From positions 250,635 to 314,634 of IMG/VR virus record IMGVR_UViG_3300031133_000383: DNA of 64,000 bases; one strand, 5' to 3'. Numbering within the stretch: the stretch's first letter is position 1; each line of letters begins with the position of its first letter. Both the position numbers and the translations under genes were made by a program. The notes under the pieces were generated by a model. It ran no database searches. It was not told the DNA's origin and was given only the letters and a program-made list of their open reading frames with translations. Source of the DNA: a virus. Its lineage: Duplodnaviria; Heunggongvirae; Uroviricota; Caudoviricetes. Positions 28,785 through 39,228 of this stretch are shown here, in pieces.

Positions 28785-29615
28785 ATGTTGTGGATTGTGC
28801 AAGGAAATCTTAAAAAAGATGTCGGTATGGAATATTTGATAAAAGTGCTTCAGGAAGAAGGCTATGACCATCGTTTGGTAAGAACTATTCATTTTTCAAA
28901 TATCATTGTAGATGTTGATTTAGATATTAATCAATATCAAGAAGATAGTATTCCTCATGTTAGTATTGAAAACAATCAAAATATGGTAACGATGGGGTCC
29001 TATTCTCTTGCATTAAATGCAAAAGAGCAAGGATGGACTCCGGGTTCATTTATTAATGATAATTTTGAATTTTCAAAATGGCTTCAAGGTTGGGGTGCTT
29101 CCAATTTGCTGAATGGTGATGCTATTGAAGATACTGTTTCCAACATTATTCATAAAGTTCCAGAACATTTTATCAAGCTTTTTTCAAGACCATCCGAAGA
29201 TACAAAATCATTTGCAGGTCAATTGTTTGAACGGGAAAATTTTATTTATTGGCTTAAAAAAATTGAAAAAGGTCAAGATCGTTTTGGATTAAATGGTGAT
29301 ACCAATATCATTATTTCATCTGCTAAAAACATCCTAGCAGAGTATCGATTGTTTATTGTAGATGGGGTTGTGATTACGGGTAGTATGTACAAAGTAAGGG
29401 ATCAAGTTATTGCTTCTGAACATATTGATTCTGGTGTGCTGGATTTTGCCAATAAAATGCTGTCTATTTGGCAACCTGATAGAGCCTTTGTTCTCGATAT
29501 CGCTGTTACTGATGATGGAGAACGTGTTATTGAGGTCAACAATATTAACTCTGCCGGTTTTTACAAATCCGATATTTCCAAGATAGTAAAGTCTATAGAC
29601 TCAATGAAATTCTAA
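28785..29615 (+). CDS. ATP-grasp domain protein (DUF4343-like)
   Basis: F.RP...KSF.G, EYRLFIVDG, FVLDIA, VIEVNNINSAGFY. Confidence 0.75.
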   Translation: MLWIVQGNLKKDVGMEYLIKVLQEEGYDHRLVRTIHFSNIIVDVDLDINQYQEDSIPHVSIENNQNMVTMGSYSLALNAKEQGWTPGSFINDNFEFSKWLQGWGASNLLNGDAIEDTVSNIIHKVPEHFIKLFSRPSEDTKSFAGQLFERENFIYWLKKIEKGQDRFGLNGDTNIIISSAKNILAEYRLFIVDGVVITGSMYKVRDQVIASEHIDSGVLDFANKMLSIWQPDRAFVLDIAVTDDGERVIEVNNINSAGFYKSDISKIVKSIDSMKF

Positions 29616-29688
29616 TACTGTCATTGTTGTTTTACTTGTCTTTTAAAGGCTGTTTTGTTATACTAGACCTCTTTATCGGGGTCTTTTT

Positions 29689-30528
29689 ATGTTAAATATG
29701 ATTAAAAGAAAAGTGACTGAATTTTTAAAACTAAAGGAAAACCCCTTTTTTAGAATTTGCTATAATTCAGAACTTGATATTTTTGAAGTAGATACAAAGG
29801 ATCGAAAACATATTACAATTGATCATTACTCTAAGTCTATTGATGAAACAATGCTGAATATTAATATCTATAGATCTAAAAACAAGAGACTGTTCAGAAA
29901 AAATAAATATTATGGTAATGAATCTGTCTATACCTATCAATATCTTTTGCCTTTTAGTGAATATACTCTTTACAAGGAAAATAAATTTAAACTATCGACT
30001 TTGGAAAATCTTGTATATAAGGCTATATCCAGTAATGTAACTACTTATTCTTCTTTTACCGTAATTGAGTATATAAAATCTAATTTTAAAAAGTTTCACT
30101 CCACTCAATATTTATTTGATGACACTATTCCCTTTCCTAGTTTTTCTGTAGTTGGTAATTATTTGCATATAGAAGGTACTATCGAAACTTATTCTGAGTC
30201 TTTTTGGCTGATTGATGGCGATATTTATAAAATTTTTTCTGACTTGACAACCGATTTTTTACCTTTTTCAAAATACAAGCATTCTGAAGAACAAATAACC
30301 AATATGTTGGTTGCTAAATCTGTTACCAACAATCATTATTATTGGCATTATTTATATAATGGCTGTGAGATCGATATTCATTACAAGGATAGCCTATTAG
30401 TAGTTAAGGAGTATAACAAAGATAAACTTAACGAAATGATATTTGACCAAGAAAAAGATATATCTAAATACTTTGAGGCATTCTATAAAAAAGCGTTGAT
30501 GTCCAATATCATAGAAAAAAGGATATAA
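29689..30528 (+). CDS. Hypothetical protein (variant of C-terminal motif)
   Basis: 279 aa; ends LMSNIIEKRI. Confidence 0.6.
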   Translation: MLNMIKRKVTEFLKLKENPFFRICYNSELDIFEVDTKDRKHITIDHYSKSIDETMLNINIYRSKNKRLFRKNKYYGNESVYTYQYLLPFSEYTLYKENKFKLSTLENLVYKAISSNVTTYSSFTVIEYIKSNFKKFHSTQYLFDDTIPFPSFSVVGNYLHIEGTIETYSESFWLIDGDIYKIFSDLTTDFLPFSKYKHSEEQITNMLVAKSVTNNHYYWHYLYNGCEIDIHYKDSLLVVKEYNKDKLNEMIFDQEKDISKYFEAFYKKALMSNIIEKRI

Positions 30529-30529
30529 T

Positions 30530-31477
30530 ATGATTTTAAAAAAAATATCTGGCACTGTTAGCAGTATTCTTGCTTATACACCTCATTGTTTTTACAAGAA
30601 AGTATTCGACAACGATATTATTCAGGCTTATCATTATAATAACTTCATTCTTGTAAAAAATAACAATAACTTTTTTTCTATTTTTAAAACTTTTTGTTCA
30701 ACAGGTGGTGGTGCTTTAATCGTTAAAGTGTTTGATCAGCGTACCTTGTTGATGTCATTTAAAGAATGGGTAATCCCGGCTGTTTCAGCTAATATTTCTA
30801 ATTTTTCGAAGTGCTCTACGCTAGAATTCTTTAAAAATCATATGTTATCAAATCGTTTTATGAGTATTGCTCAAATCAATAAGTTTAATGAATTGGTTAC
30901 AAATTCAGGTAGCACTGAATTGGCCTTTATCAAATTCAATGAACATCGTTATCTTATGGATTATCTAATGTTCAATATTGAGATTTATTATTTTGCATCA
31001 GTGACTCATATAAGTTATTCAAGTCAGGAAATCGAAGGCTTCCAATTTTCAATGATGATTAAAGAAAACGATTTGTTGATTGAAGAGTGTGAAGAATCTG
31101 TGTTCAAACAGTCTTTAATAAAGGAAAAGTTTTCCAAATATACACAAGGTGTTAATATAGATTTTATGAAATCAGTCAATAATCATTCATTATATTGTTT
31201 TTATAATGAATCTTATTATACCGGATACATACAAGTAAATGAAAAGACACAAGTTTTAAGTGCGGTGTTCTATTGCCACGATACCAAGGAATCGAGTTAT
31301 TTGCATTCAAATAATTTAATTCAAGATTTCAATAGAAAGATTTATGAAATTTTACATTTTTTTGTACTAAAAAAACCATCAGTTTATTTAACTTCATTAC
31401 TGATTAGTTCATCTTTGTCATCAACCGATATCGATACTATTGATGGAATGCATTTAATTGAAATATTAGATTTTTAA
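30530..31477 (+). CDS. Hypothetical protein with shared C-terminal motif
   Basis: 315 aa; ends LIEILDF. Confidence 0.6.
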   Translation: MILKKISGTVSSILAYTPHCFYKKVFDNDIIQAYHYNNFILVKNNNNFFSIFKTFCSTGGGALIVKVFDQRTLLMSFKEWVIPAVSANISNFSKCSTLEFFKNHMLSNRFMSIAQINKFNELVTNSGSTELAFIKFNEHRYLMDYLMFNIEIYYFASVTHISYSSQEIEGFQFSMMIKENDLLIEECEESVFKQSLIKEKFSKYTQGVNIDFMKSVNNHSLYCFYNESYYTGYIQVNEKTQVLSAVFYCHDTKESSYLHSNNLIQDFNRKIYEILHFFVLKKPSVYLTSLLISSSLSSTDIDTIDGMHLIEILDF

Positions 31478-31502
31478 CTAGACTAAGAAACTGCTGTTCT
31501 GG

Positions 31503-32099
31503 TTATTTTTCATCTATGATCCCAAACAATGTTACCATTTTTCCTTGTGTGCATACTGTTATTAGTTTAGGAACTTGATATCCTAGAAAATTTGTTGTTT
31601 TCAAATAACTAGTCGATTCATCAAAGTCTACTATTTCATTTTGAAAGTAATCAAAATGTTTATTAAAGTAATCTGAAAATACTTGCATTCTTCTTTTTTT
31701 CTGCAAAAGACAATCTTTATGACTTTTATCGGAGATGAAATAGTAACTTTCTAATGTTGTTTTAGTTTGATTATGACTGCCTGATAATCGCGGTAAGATT
31801 TCTTTCGGAAAGAAATGTGAGTATTCGCTATCCGACGTTAAAATTTCTTTTTCATGAACTAGCAATGAGCCATTTTTAAGAATTAATCTATCAGATATAT
31901 CATCATAACTTGAATTTCTCTTATCACTTTCAAAATCATAATCAATAGCATAATAAGGTGCGAAATCTTTAGCCATTTGTACTCTTATATTGTCACTGGC
32001 AGTTATCATTGTCCATGTTTTATTTGCTGTAAAATATACAAGTACTCCTATGATTACTATTGATACAGTCATTATTCCATATTTTAGTATTTTGTTCAT
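31503..32099 (-). CDS. Membrane-anchored protein
   Basis: N-terminal TM helix, SD AGGAGG. Confidence 0.65.
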   Translation of the reverse strand: MNKILKYGIMTVSIVIIGVLVYFTANKTWTMITASDNIRVQMAKDFAPYYAIDYDFESDKRNSSYDDISDRLILKNGSLLVHEKEILTSDSEYSHFFPKEILPRLSGSHNQTKTTLESYYFISDKSHKDCLLQKKRRMQVFSDYFNKHFDYFQNEIVDFDESTSYLKTTNFLGYQVPKLITVCTQGKMVTLFGIIDEK

Positions 32100-32232
32100 T
32101 GCACACCTCCTTTAACAGTATAAATTATGATTGTTCATTGTCAAAAAACACCAGACAACGATATTGAAAAATAGATTGACCTTGTTGCAGAATTCTTATA
32201 TACTACAATCTTTCCTCACAGGAGCTTGATCA

Positions 32233-33441
32233 ATGACTATTAAAATTCCTCTCACTATTTCTCGCGGTTATGTTAGTAATTGGGGTATCTGGGAAGCTGC
32301 ACGCGAAATCAAACAAAATGCTCTTGATACCAAAGATTATGAAGTTCGTTATGAAGATAATCGTATGATCATTGAAACTCGGGCTGGCGTGCTTGATCGC
32401 AAAAATCTATTGTTGGGTATCTCCAGCAAGCGTGATGATAAAGAATCTATCGGGACATATGGGGAAGGCTTCAAGCTTGCTCTCTTGGTTCTGCTTCGTG
32501 AAGGAAAAGAAGTAGTGATTAAAAATGGTGCTGATACATGGACACCTTGTTTTGAGATGCACCCTAGTGTACATGATGAATGCCTAACTATCTTGATAGA
32601 AGAAAATGTGGTTGAAGACAATGAAAACAAGGTTGTCTTTATCATTGATGGATTGACACCAGAAGAAATTGAAGAGATTCAAGAAAAAACGTTACATAAT
32701 TTTGATAAAAATAGTGTTTTGGCAAGTTACAAACAATCCTTTTGCTGGCCTATCGAGTCAGGACTTGGCAAGCTGTATGTAGGTGGTCTTTTTGTCTGCG
32801 AGCTTGGTAATAACTACAAACTCAACTACAATTTTTCACCTGACATCTTGGAACTTGATCGGGATCGTCAAAGCGTATGCACTTTCTCTTTGTCGATTGC
32901 GGCTACAAAAATGATAGCATTGTCAGGAAACTATGATTTGTTGGCAGAATTGGCTGATATGCAGGCTGAGGATGTTTCCGATTACTATAATGTTGAAAGC
33001 ACTCGTTATTATAGTGATGACTATACTTCAAATGGCGATGTAAGTAGTAAGATTAAAGATGTTGTCACAGAAAACTTCATCAATAGTCATGGAATCAAAG
33101 CATATCCCATTAATGCAAGCCTAGATGAAAAACAAAAAAGAGTTCAGACTGTAAAAGCAGTAGATGCTGGCTTGGTTCCTGTTGTTGTTAAAGCCGGTTA
33201 TTACAATATGCTGCATGAAAAAGTTCGAAAGCAAAAGGTATCTGATTTTAAATCATTTAATTTAAGCGTTGAATTGATTAAATTTTATGAAGAAAACAAA
33301 GGTCAACTGCGAGGAAAGCCAAAACGTGCTTTGGAAAAACTCTTGGAAACTGTACGTCTTTATGAAGGAAAAATTGAGCTTCCTGATACAATCAAGGAAA
33401 AAGTAGTTGATGATTCTATCGATGCCGATATTTTTTTCTAA
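32233..33441 (+). CDS. GHKL-type (HATPase) ATP-binding protein
   Basis: REIKQNALD N-box; LLGISSKRDD..IGTYGEGFKLALL G-boxes; promoter TTGACC-17-TATACT at 32176-32204. Confidence 0.75.
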   Translation: MTIKIPLTISRGYVSNWGIWEAAREIKQNALDTKDYEVRYEDNRMIIETRAGVLDRKNLLLGISSKRDDKESIGTYGEGFKLALLVLLREGKEVVIKNGADTWTPCFEMHPSVHDECLTILIEENVVEDNENKVVFIIDGLTPEEIEEIQEKTLHNFDKNSVLASYKQSFCWPIESGLGKLYVGGLFVCELGNNYKLNYNFSPDILELDRDRQSVCTFSLSIAATKMIALSGNYDLLAELADMQAEDVSDYYNVESTRYYSDDYTSNGDVSSKIKDVVTENFINSHGIKAYPINASLDEKQKRVQTVKAVDAGLVPVVVKAGYYNMLHEKVRKQKVSDFKSFNLSVELIKFYEENKGQLRGKPKRALEKLLETVRLYEGKIELPDTIKEKVVDDSIDADIFF

Positions 33442-34279
33442 TAAAGGAAAAATTGTTTACAATGCTAATAGGGTTATTATTCGCCAAAATAATAACTCTA
33501 TGCTTCATATTCAATGCAAAAATGGATTTAGGTTTGAAGTTTTCAAACAAAGTTTTAAATTGTTTCACAATGAAACATTTATAATTGAAAATCAACCTTG
33601 TAGTCAATTATCTCTGCTTATTTCTCATGCTTGTTTTATACCTTCCTTTGATAACTTTTCGGCTTTAGCTGTTTATATCGAAGAATTCCCTCTCATACAA
33701 GGTAGCCTTGATAGATGTCTTTTACTTTTGAAAATATTGGGGATTAAACCTTACAGTTCTAACCATAAGCCTATTTCATTTTTTTACTGCACACCTTTAT
33801 TTCCATTTTTTAAACATATTAATAAAGTGTATTGTAACATTAGCTGTGGGAATTCTAAAATAAACCTTATATTTTTCAGAGACAATATCTATTTTGTAGG
33901 GGTTAAGCAACCATTAGTAGCAATATCGCCTTTTTTGATGCAATTCAAAGATGATATTTCTTTAAATTATCTTGAAGATTATTATGGTAATCCATGCTAT
34001 CTGTATTCTGGTGGGGGTGTTTGTTTGTTGGCTTACAAAGACATTGAATCCAACATGATAAAAATTATTAAACAAAGCCAAACAGATTACAGAGAACACT
34101 CACATTCATTGATTGTTTACAGTGATCTATATAAAATATTCTTGCTTTATCAACTTAATACCAATCCGATACTTAAAGAAAGATTTATAGCTGATTTACA
34201 TAATAAAGGCATCATATTAGAAAAAAACAACACAATCACCGAAGAACTACTCATTCTTAATAATATTATTGAACATTGA
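33407..34279 (+). CDS. Hypothetical protein with shared C-terminal motif
   Basis: Start uncertain; ends LNNIIEH. Confidence 0.55.
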   Translation: MMILSMPIFFSNKGKIVYNANRVIIRQNNNSMLHIQCKNGFRFEVFKQSFKLFHNETFIIENQPCSQLSLLISHACFIPSFDNFSALAVYIEEFPLIQGSLDRCLLLLKILGIKPYSSNHKPISFFYCTPLFPFFKHINKVYCNISCGNSKINLIFFRDNIYFVGVKQPLVAISPFLMQFKDDISLNYLEDYYGNPCYLYSGGGVCLLAYKDIESNMIKIIKQSQTDYREHSHSLIVYSDLYKIFLLYQLNTNPILKERFIADLHNKGIILEKNNTITEELLILNNIIEH

Positions 34280-34335
34280 GTTGTGTAAAAAAATAAATTG
34301 TTGTATAATTCATATTCAATAAGGTCTTGAAACCT

Positions 34336-34965
34336 ATGGAACACCATAATATTTCAATTTTTGATAGAGTTAATGAATACCATGACAGCCTTTGTAGCTC
34401 GCTGTCTGGTGTTCTTGATAAACCTATCATTAAAATTCAGGAACTAAGCCAGCATACTGATTATTGTTCTTTTTTTGCGATTAGTCAGAACGATGAATCA
34501 TACATTGAATTCAGTATTTTTTATAATGATTCCTACCTAGTATATGATTTTACTCTTGAAACTTCTATTTCAGTAATTGATCAATATATTGTGGATGATG
34601 CTTTTTTTTACGAGTACTATGCTATTTATAATAATGATTTTGAATATCAAGAAAATATTCTGACATTAAGATTGGAAGGGGTTGATTACCCGCGTGTGAT
34701 ATTGGTCATTCCAAAAAACTCATCTTCTATAGATGGAACTTTTTCAACAAATCCTGAAGATGATTTTCATTTTACGATACCTGATATAGCTAATTTTAAT
34801 GATTCTGTATTTGGGGGATTAAGTCGTTTTTTGTTTGATATTTTTATTAAAAATAATAATTCTTGTGTATTATTTTCGATTGACCAATGGATTTCGTCTA
34901 TTTTAAAAGAGGATAAATCAGATTTTTTGAAAATGTATAAACTATTGGAGATGTATAACGAATGA
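34336..34965 (+). CDS. Hypothetical protein with shared C-terminal motif
   Basis: Acidic protein; ends LLEMYNE. Confidence 0.6.
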   Translation: MEHHNISIFDRVNEYHDSLCSSLSGVLDKPIIKIQELSQHTDYCSFFAISQNDESYIEFSIFYNDSYLVYDFTLETSISVIDQYIVDDAFFYEYYAIYNNDFEYQENILTLRLEGVDYPRVILVIPKNSSSIDGTFSTNPEDDFHFTIPDIANFNDSVFGGLSRFLFDIFIKNNNSCVLFSIDQWISSILKEDKSDFLKMYKLLEMYNE

Positions 34966-36005
34966 GCAAAATACTTTTTTCTAAATTCTTTCCTTTTTTG
35001 TGGAAGTTTTTTTTTAAAATTTTTCCTACCTATGACTCTTTACCGTACAAGCTTTATGGCAATGATAAAAAAGGTTATTATGCTCTTTGTCAAAATGGAG
35101 TTAGTTATAAATTCTTCCTGAACGGTGATGGCACAGATTGCTATACTGTTTATCTTTATTTCAAGAATGAATTTAGATTTAAATATAAGACTCAGGCTTA
35201 CAAAAATACTAAAATTGTTGAAGGTAACATTTTATCATTTTGTCAACATGACCAATTCGAATTCACTCATCAGATATTGACTCATAATATGAGTGATTTA
35301 TTTAATATCAATCATCGCCATGACAAACTTCATATAGATTATCTTCATTATATGAGATTTAACATAATGGGATTCAGCACCAATTACCATTCTGACATTA
35401 TTTATAATGGATTTTCTGTCATTTTATATGAGCTTGATGGTAACAAGCCCTGTACCAATGTCCTGCTGGATGATGCTTTCTTTTGTATTGATTCCGAGGT
35501 TTATTATGGCCAACAATGTTTTTTCCGTCATATTGTTTCTGAGCTTAAATTATCTATAGGTGATTCAGATTTTGATAAAAACGAAATGACTATACTCAAT
35601 GCAATGGAAGGTGATTCAATTTATAAATACTATCGTGAACTTTATACAATTGAAGATTTTTTAAATGATCGCTATTTAGTGGGTAAAGCACATTCTAATA
35701 GAGTGGGCTATTTGTTCACTATCAAAGATTTTATGTACACGATCCTTCATGAAAGTTCTTTATACAGAGCCAGTATTTTTCAAAAAAGTCTAAGTATATA
35801 CAATAAGATACATCTAAAAAGCGAAATCCCAAAAGGTTTTTTTATTTATTATTCAATGCTGGATTTTTTCAAGCAATCGAGAATTAGACATCCTTCTTAT
35901 AAGATTCTTGATTTGTTAAAAGAGCAAGGAATTGATGTTAAATATGCCGAGACTCATGGACTTAATAAAATACATTCTCAATTATTGGATATGATTGAAT
36001 ATTGA
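34962..36005 (+). CDS. Hypothetical protein with shared C-terminal motif
   Basis: RHPSYKILDLLKEQG...LLDMIEY. Confidence 0.65.
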   Translation: MSKILFSKFFPFLWKFFFKIFPTYDSLPYKLYGNDKKGYYALCQNGVSYKFFLNGDGTDCYTVYLYFKNEFRFKYKTQAYKNTKIVEGNILSFCQHDQFEFTHQILTHNMSDLFNINHRHDKLHIDYLHYMRFNIMGFSTNYHSDIIYNGFSVILYELDGNKPCTNVLLDDAFFCIDSEVYYGQQCFFRHIVSELKLSIGDSDFDKNEMTILNAMEGDSIYKYYRELYTIEDFLNDRYLVGKAHSNRVGYLFTIKDFMYTILHESSLYRASIFQKSLSIYNKIHLKSEIPKGFFIYYSMLDFFKQSRIRHPSYKILDLLKEQGIDVKYAETHGLNKIHSQLLDMIEY

Positions 36006-36047
36006 TTGATTTGATGATATAATCCGTTATCTTTTGAGGGTTTTTCC

Positions 36048-37148
36048 ATGTTAACTATCATCAAATCTCTCTTTGAGAAAACCATCTATAGGAATGAATT
36101 TTTCCGAATAGTTCGTGTTTCCGAAAATAAGTGGCATGTAAAAGCTAGAAATAGCCTAGCTGGCACTCTTGTTTTTTCTGAAAGTATTGTATATATTTCT
36201 GTCAGTGATACTCCAGACAACATCACAAAGAAAGATTCAGTGATTGCTCGCTATGCTGTTTTAAAAAAAGACACTGATGTTTGTGTTGATGATTTTATCG
36301 TAAGCACTGTAAAAGCCAGTCTTATTTTCTATATTGATTCCTCTGATGTTTCTTATTTTCTAGGTAAAGAGAATACGACCTTTGGAGTGAGAAATACACA
36401 AAATCAACATGTTTACAAAACTGATATTAACCTACGTAAAATAAACATAAGCCGCTTTGAAGGTTTATTATTTGAGCAAGATATTTATTCATTGGTTGAA
36501 TTAAATAGTAAAAAAATTATTAATTCAGTTTTTCACTTTTCATTTAATTGTGTAACTATTCCTTCAAAGAACACCCAATTCAAAACCTATTATATTATTG
36601 GAAAAAAACTCTTTTCACTCAATAATATGACAATGTTCAAAGAATCAACACTTAACTATGTAAAAGGAGAAAATGCGTTCAATCCAGTAGGTTTTCAGTA
36701 TGGCATTCAAAATCAATTGGAAAATAAATTCGATGAACTTGAAAAAAAAATAGAACTTGATAATATTTCTATTTTGATGCATCGCAATCAATATTGTTTA
36801 TTGCAAAAAAATAAAGACACTATTTCTTTGAGCTATCTGGCTGATTTTAAATATGATAACTCAAAGATTCCAAAAGAAGAGATTTACACCATTGAACAAA
36901 AAAATTCTATTGTTATCAAAAGAAATTGCAAGGCTGGCTCAATACGTGCCAAATCGGAAAATTTTAGCTTACAAATGGCAAAAGAACATGAAATGTCAAT
37001 ATTCGAGAGTATCAATGTCAGAAGAGACCGATTAAAACACACACATCCTTCCAGACAAGTTTTACAAACTTTGAAAAAACTTGGGCTTTCTACAGAGACG
37101 CCTATTTTGGAAGAATCATTTAAAGTCATTGAGTTCTTTGAAATTTAA
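36048..37148 (+). CDS. Family B paralog
   Basis: VKARNSL N-motif; HPSRQVLQTLKKLG..ETP..VIEFFEI. Confidence 0.7.
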   Translation: MLTIIKSLFEKTIYRNEFFRIVRVSENKWHVKARNSLAGTLVFSESIVYISVSDTPDNITKKDSVIARYAVLKKDTDVCVDDFIVSTVKASLIFYIDSSDVSYFLGKENTTFGVRNTQNQHVYKTDINLRKINISRFEGLLFEQDIYSLVELNSKKIINSVFHFSFNCVTIPSKNTQFKTYYIIGKKLFSLNNMTMFKESTLNYVKGENAFNPVGFQYGIQNQLENKFDELEKKIELDNISILMHRNQYCLLQKNKDTISLSYLADFKYDNSKIPKEEIYTIEQKNSIVIKRNCKAGSIRAKSENFSLQMAKEHEMSIFESINVRRDRLKHTHPSRQVLQTLKKLGLSTETPILEESFKVIEFFEI

Positions 37149-37170
37149 TATCTATAGGAAATTTATTACT

Positions 37171-38283
37171 ATGTTAGAATGTTTTATTGACTATTTTAAG
37201 AAGCCTGTCTATAAGGAATCTGCTTTTTTTATAAAGAAGTCTAAGGAAAATGTCTATTTTCTAAAAGCTAAAAATGGGCTTTATGCAAATATTCATTTTG
37301 ATAATAATAACATGTATGTTTGTGTATTTATGACTAACGATAAAAATAAAAAGATTGAAAAACTCTCTTATTTTTCAAAAAAAAGTGATAAGGCAACATC
37401 AGTCATTGATTTTATCATACAGTCTATCCGCAACAATATTGTTTTTTATTTAAATAAAAAAGACATCGACCATTTTCTTGTTACCAATGCTAATCTAAGT
37501 AATGACGATTTTATTTATAAAATGCTTAAATATCATTTTAATCATCACGAAAAAAATCAATACAACTATTCATTTTCATTTTTTAATGATAAAAAATATG
37601 TAGAAGTAAATTTTTCAAAAAAAAGAGTTATTGGAAATATTTACAAGTTTAAATTTTATAAAGTTTGTGTATCCGGTAATTATACTGAAATGAATATTAA
37701 TTATATTATTAATAATGAGCTATTTGAACTATCCACAATGGATCAATTAAAAAAATCTGTTACTGAACGAAAGTCTACTAATCGTAAATTTTTTTCCCTT
37801 GTTTCTCCAAAGTCTAAAGTAGTTATAAAAGAATCTTATGGCTTTGATGGAAACTTAAATGAATCCATGAATAGCTTAATAAAATTGTGTGATTTGAAAA
37901 AAATAAGACTCCTGAAAAAAGGTAACGACTTTTGCTTTTTTGCAAGAAGTAAAAATAAATTAATTTTAAGGTATTTAACTGATTATAATATTTTTGAATC
38001 TGAGTTACGCAACTTGAATAATCGTATTATTTATTTCGGCAATAATTTGGTGTTGATGACATATACGGCCAAAGAAATAACAGTCGAAAAATCAGAATTT
38101 GGATTTAGGAAGGCCATGGATCATCAATTCGATATCTTGTCGATGGTTTCTAATAAACTGGATTATTTTACACGTTACCATCCTTCTGAATATGTATTAA
38201 AAACTCTTGCTGCACTTGGCATGTCTTGTGAAACGCCTTTATCAAACGAAGATCTCAAAATAGTAGAAATGTTTGAGGTATAA
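37171..38283 (+). CDS. Family B paralog
   Basis: LKAKNGL; HPSEYVLKTLAALG..ETP..IVEMFEV. Confidence 0.7.
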   Translation: MLECFIDYFKKPVYKESAFFIKKSKENVYFLKAKNGLYANIHFDNNNMYVCVFMTNDKNKKIEKLSYFSKKSDKATSVIDFIIQSIRNNIVFYLNKKDIDHFLVTNANLSNDDFIYKMLKYHFNHHEKNQYNYSFSFFNDKKYVEVNFSKKRVIGNIYKFKFYKVCVSGNYTEMNINYIINNELFELSTMDQLKKSVTERKSTNRKFFSLVSPKSKVVIKESYGFDGNLNESMNSLIKLCDLKKIRLLKKGNDFCFFARSKNKLILRYLTDYNIFESELRNLNNRIIYFGNNLVLMTYTAKEITVEKSEFGFRKAMDHQFDILSMVSNKLDYFTRYHPSEYVLKTLAALGMSCETPLSNEDLKIVEMFEV

Positions 38284-38324
38284 AAAAAGTCCTTATCAAA
38301 GGACTTTTTTATTTTTTATTGTTT

Positions 38325-39113
38325 TCAAACATCGATAATCTCAATTAACTGTTTAAACTGGCCCAGATTCTTGTAAAAATACTCCACATTCTCTATATCA
38401 ATTAATTTACCTTCATTTTTAAAAATATATTCATGAGGAATCATTGAAAACAAAATGGTTCTGGCTAGTTCTCTTGGGTCGGCTGACATATCAACAACAG
38501 GCGATTCGTTTTTTAAATGTCGAGTGAAACAAGTGAGTTGACTGTCATATAAGTAAAAATGAACATCTTTGTCAAACTTAATACCTTCCCTGTAAATATC
38601 AAAACATGCTTTGATGTGAGCGTTCAGTGACTGGCCTTCAAATTTTATGAATCCATCAACAATATAAAAATGTTCATGGATTTGACGATCATCTTTAGTT
38701 GTAATGTAATTAAAAAAATACTTCTGATAGGCTTTTATAGTGTGTTGGCGAAGACCTTGTACAATGTCATGTTGTGAAGGGGTTACATGTTCAACGACAT
38801 AAGCGAGCACATCCGCAATATATTGAATCTGCTCAGGTGTAAAGCAGTCAATTTTTGGAAACATCTCTACAAAATTGCTGCGTTGATGTCCTTGAACACT
38901 AACCTTATGAATCCTTATCCCCTTATGAAATGTCCCTGTATAATTAAATGCGATATCATCCAACCAGTATTCTTTTGACTTTAAATGTTTACGTTTTAAA
39001 CAAAATACTGTATTTTCATCGTTGTCTTCCGGTTCAATATCCATAGAGCGATCAGACACCGAACAAATTTCAAAACGCAATCTATTTTCTCTTTCTTGTC
39101 TGTTTTCTTGCAT
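38325..39113 (-). CDS. Hypothetical protein with shared C-terminal motif
   Basis: SD GAGGT; ends LIEIIDV. Confidence 0.65.
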   Translation of the reverse strand: MQENRQERENRLRFEICSVSDRSMDIEPEDNDENTVFCLKRKHLKSKEYWLDDIAFNYTGTFHKGIRIHKVSVQGHQRSNFVEMFPKIDCFTPEQIQYIADVLAYVVEHVTPSQHDIVQGLRQHTIKAYQKYFFNYITTKDDRQIHEHFYIVDGFIKFEGQSLNAHIKACFDIYREGIKFDKDVHFYLYDSQLTCFTRHLKNESPVVDMSADPRELARTILFSMIPHEYIFKNEGKLIDIENVEYFYKNLGQFKQLIEIIDV

Positions 39114-39228
39114 AGATACCTCGCATTAATTAATATTGCATTCTAGCAACTTTCATCTTTTTTATCAATATTTATTTGAAGACTAGTATTCTTTTGTTAT
39201 AATGTTTAAAATCAATTTTGAGGTTTTG

